Origin: Protoeuglena noctilucae
Taxonomy: Eukaryota
Length of the DNA: 64,000 nt
Assembly: GCA_958009085.1 (NCBI GenBank)
Contig: OY253669.1
Span: 1,488,001-1,552,000 of the forward strand
Direction: 5' to 3'
Both the position numbers and the translations under genes were made by a program. The notes beneath the pieces were generated by a model, which worked only from the letters and a program-made list of their open reading frames with translations, ran no database searches and was not told the origin of the DNA. Position 1 is the first letter of the stretch. The number at the start of each line of letters is the position of its first letter. Below are positions 62,804 to 64,000 of the stretch, piece after piece.

Positions 62804-64000
62804 TCAACCGTGGAAGAGCGCGGGGCGCGTTACGGCGTCCACGGCCGCGGCGACGGAGAGCTCGGGTCCCTTCTGAAGCATCTCGACCGTGGCCAAATGG
62901 TGGGCCGTCTCTTGGAGTGACTTGGGGTCCAGGAACAGAGAGCCGCAGTGCGCCAGCAGCATCTGCGGAGGCCGGGCCAGCGCTAACAGGGTCGCTGCAG
63001 GTTCGCCGCAACAGATGCGTCGATGTGCAGCGTCTGACAAGGGACCCCGGCGTTAGGTGTGCACTCGAGCGAGGTGGGCCCGCGTGGGGTGTGGCGCGCC
63101 ACATCTCCCCTACGCTCGCCTGCATGTCCTTTTCGATGGGCGGGAACCGGTCTCCCCGGCACCGCTGGACAAACTCCTTGAGGAGCAGCTCGCAGTACTG
63201 CACCCGCTGCACGTGCGGGTTCTCAATGGACGAGCCCCCGCCCCACTCCTCGAGCCACGGCGCGCGGGGGCAGGCGACGCCCACGCCTTGCCGAAGGGAG
63301 AAGCCGATCTGCGTGGGCAAAGCAGGCGTGCGGTGAACGAGTGCACACCCCACTTACCCTGTGACAAGGTGCAGGGGCTGGCAGTGGCTGGAGGGTCGAT
63401 GGCATGTTAGTCTGACGCCTCGCCTTCACATCGTCCCTCTTCACGATGAGGGTGACCTTCCTGCCGGCACGCACGCGGACGATCCTGTCGAGGCTGTTCA
63501 GGCATTGGCCCCAGTGGCTCCCCGCTTGGCCCATCACATCCGGGGCGAGGTTGGGGCCATCCACCTCTGCACCTGCACGGGGGTTGGGGACCCATGAGGT
63601 GTCAGCCATTGCCTCCACTGCCCCTGCTGCACTCACTTCATCGCTGCTTCCTTGCACAGCCCTGTGTGACAGTTGGGTCATCCACAACTGGTGGGACTGC
63701 AGCCCTGCATAGCTCTCACCGCCTTGGGGCACCAGAGCCTTCGACTCGCACTCCTGGACCTCGCTCTCCTCCTCAACTGTGCCCTCGGCAGCCACCTCCT
63801 CGGCCCCATGGGACCCATCCCCCACTGCCACTGCCTCTGCTGGCGCGCCCGCCTTCCCTCCATCACTGGGGCTTTCTTCCGCGATGCTCTCAGCAGTGAC
63901 CTCCTCAACCGGCCCCGCCGGATCCGCCGCGTCGCCATCCTTGCAACCCTCGCCACCGCCCTCGCCCCAGTCCACCTCGTCGTCCAGTCTGACGCGCGTC
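62804..64000 (-). CDS. 3' part of a probable protein arginine methyltransferase 7/9-like gene (5' end outside the window)
   Basis: Acidic low-complexity stretch, then SHWGQCLNSLDRIVRVRAGRKVTLIVKR (PRMT THW-loop-like) DDVK|IGFSLRQG...WGGGSSIENPHVQRVQYCELL...RFPPIEKDMQ|MLLAHCGSLFLDP...ALFHG*. The SAM-binding motifs are not in the window, so the family call is recall-based. Confidence 0.6.

Noticed and set aside
1..64000. Hundreds of long overlapping Arg/Pro/Ala/Gly-rich ORFs in the track (e.g. 33187-34767 +, 44008-45438 +, 54543-56723 -, 20718-21959 -)
   Set aside because: They are shadow, antisense or intron-read-through frames expected at very high GC, where stop codons are rare. They overlap well-supported spliced genes and carry no independent motifs.
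1..64000. Alternative genetic code (TAA/TAG read as Gln, as in some ulvophytes) or selenocysteine recoding
   Set aside because: TAA ends RPLP0 and PRA1 at the expected positions and TAG ends the GH5 copy B model. None of my gene models needed an in-frame stop, and the glutaredoxin is ordinary CPYC.
1..64000. Introner-like repeated intron family, transposons, CRISPR arrays, tRNA or rRNA genes
   Set aside because: Introns show no mutual similarity beyond splice signals by eye, and I saw no transposase/RT motifs, terminal repeats, repeat-spacer arrays or cloverleaf/rRNA signatures. An all-vs-all intron BLAST and tRNAscan-SE would be the formal tests.

Overview
This is eukaryotic nuclear DNA, very GC-rich (roughly 70% by eye) and gene-dense, with many short spliceosomal introns (mostly ~80-250 nt). 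It is most likely a chlorophyte green alga, judging from TGTAA poly(A)-type signals, a System III holocytochrome c synthase, an SLT-type sulfate transporter, AP2, expansin and a PAO-family Rieske protein. The supplied ORF track is mostly misleading because genes are spliced. I reconstructed 24 protein-coding genes by hand: AP2 TF (partial), SLT transporter, a 65-aa spliced microprotein, BaiN/HI0933 flavoprotein, DUF1308, two tandem secreted GH5 mannanases with PAN-like tails, an orphan TM protein, POLE2, PIG-O, DA2/GW2-like E3, GFAT, glutaredoxin, CAF1, PAO-family Rieske oxygenase, HCCS, TAF6-like, an expansin-X-fasciclin fusion, PRA1, MscS-like channel, RPLP0, a bacterial-type LarA-family protein, YnfA, and a partial PRMT7-like gene. 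Top observations: (1) an intron of one mannanase holds an ~86-nt antisense copy of its own upstream exon, forming a long exon-intron hairpin; (2) more than 20 GC-AG introns, several required to rebuild conserved motifs; (3) an intron-rich LarA-family (nickel-pincer) protein next to YnfA; (4) an expansin-fasciclin fusion with an unrecognised middle domain; (5) a hidden 65-aa membrane microprotein. I saw no rRNA, tRNA, CRISPR array or transposase. CDS coordinates are start-to-stop spans including introns, derived by manual reading only.
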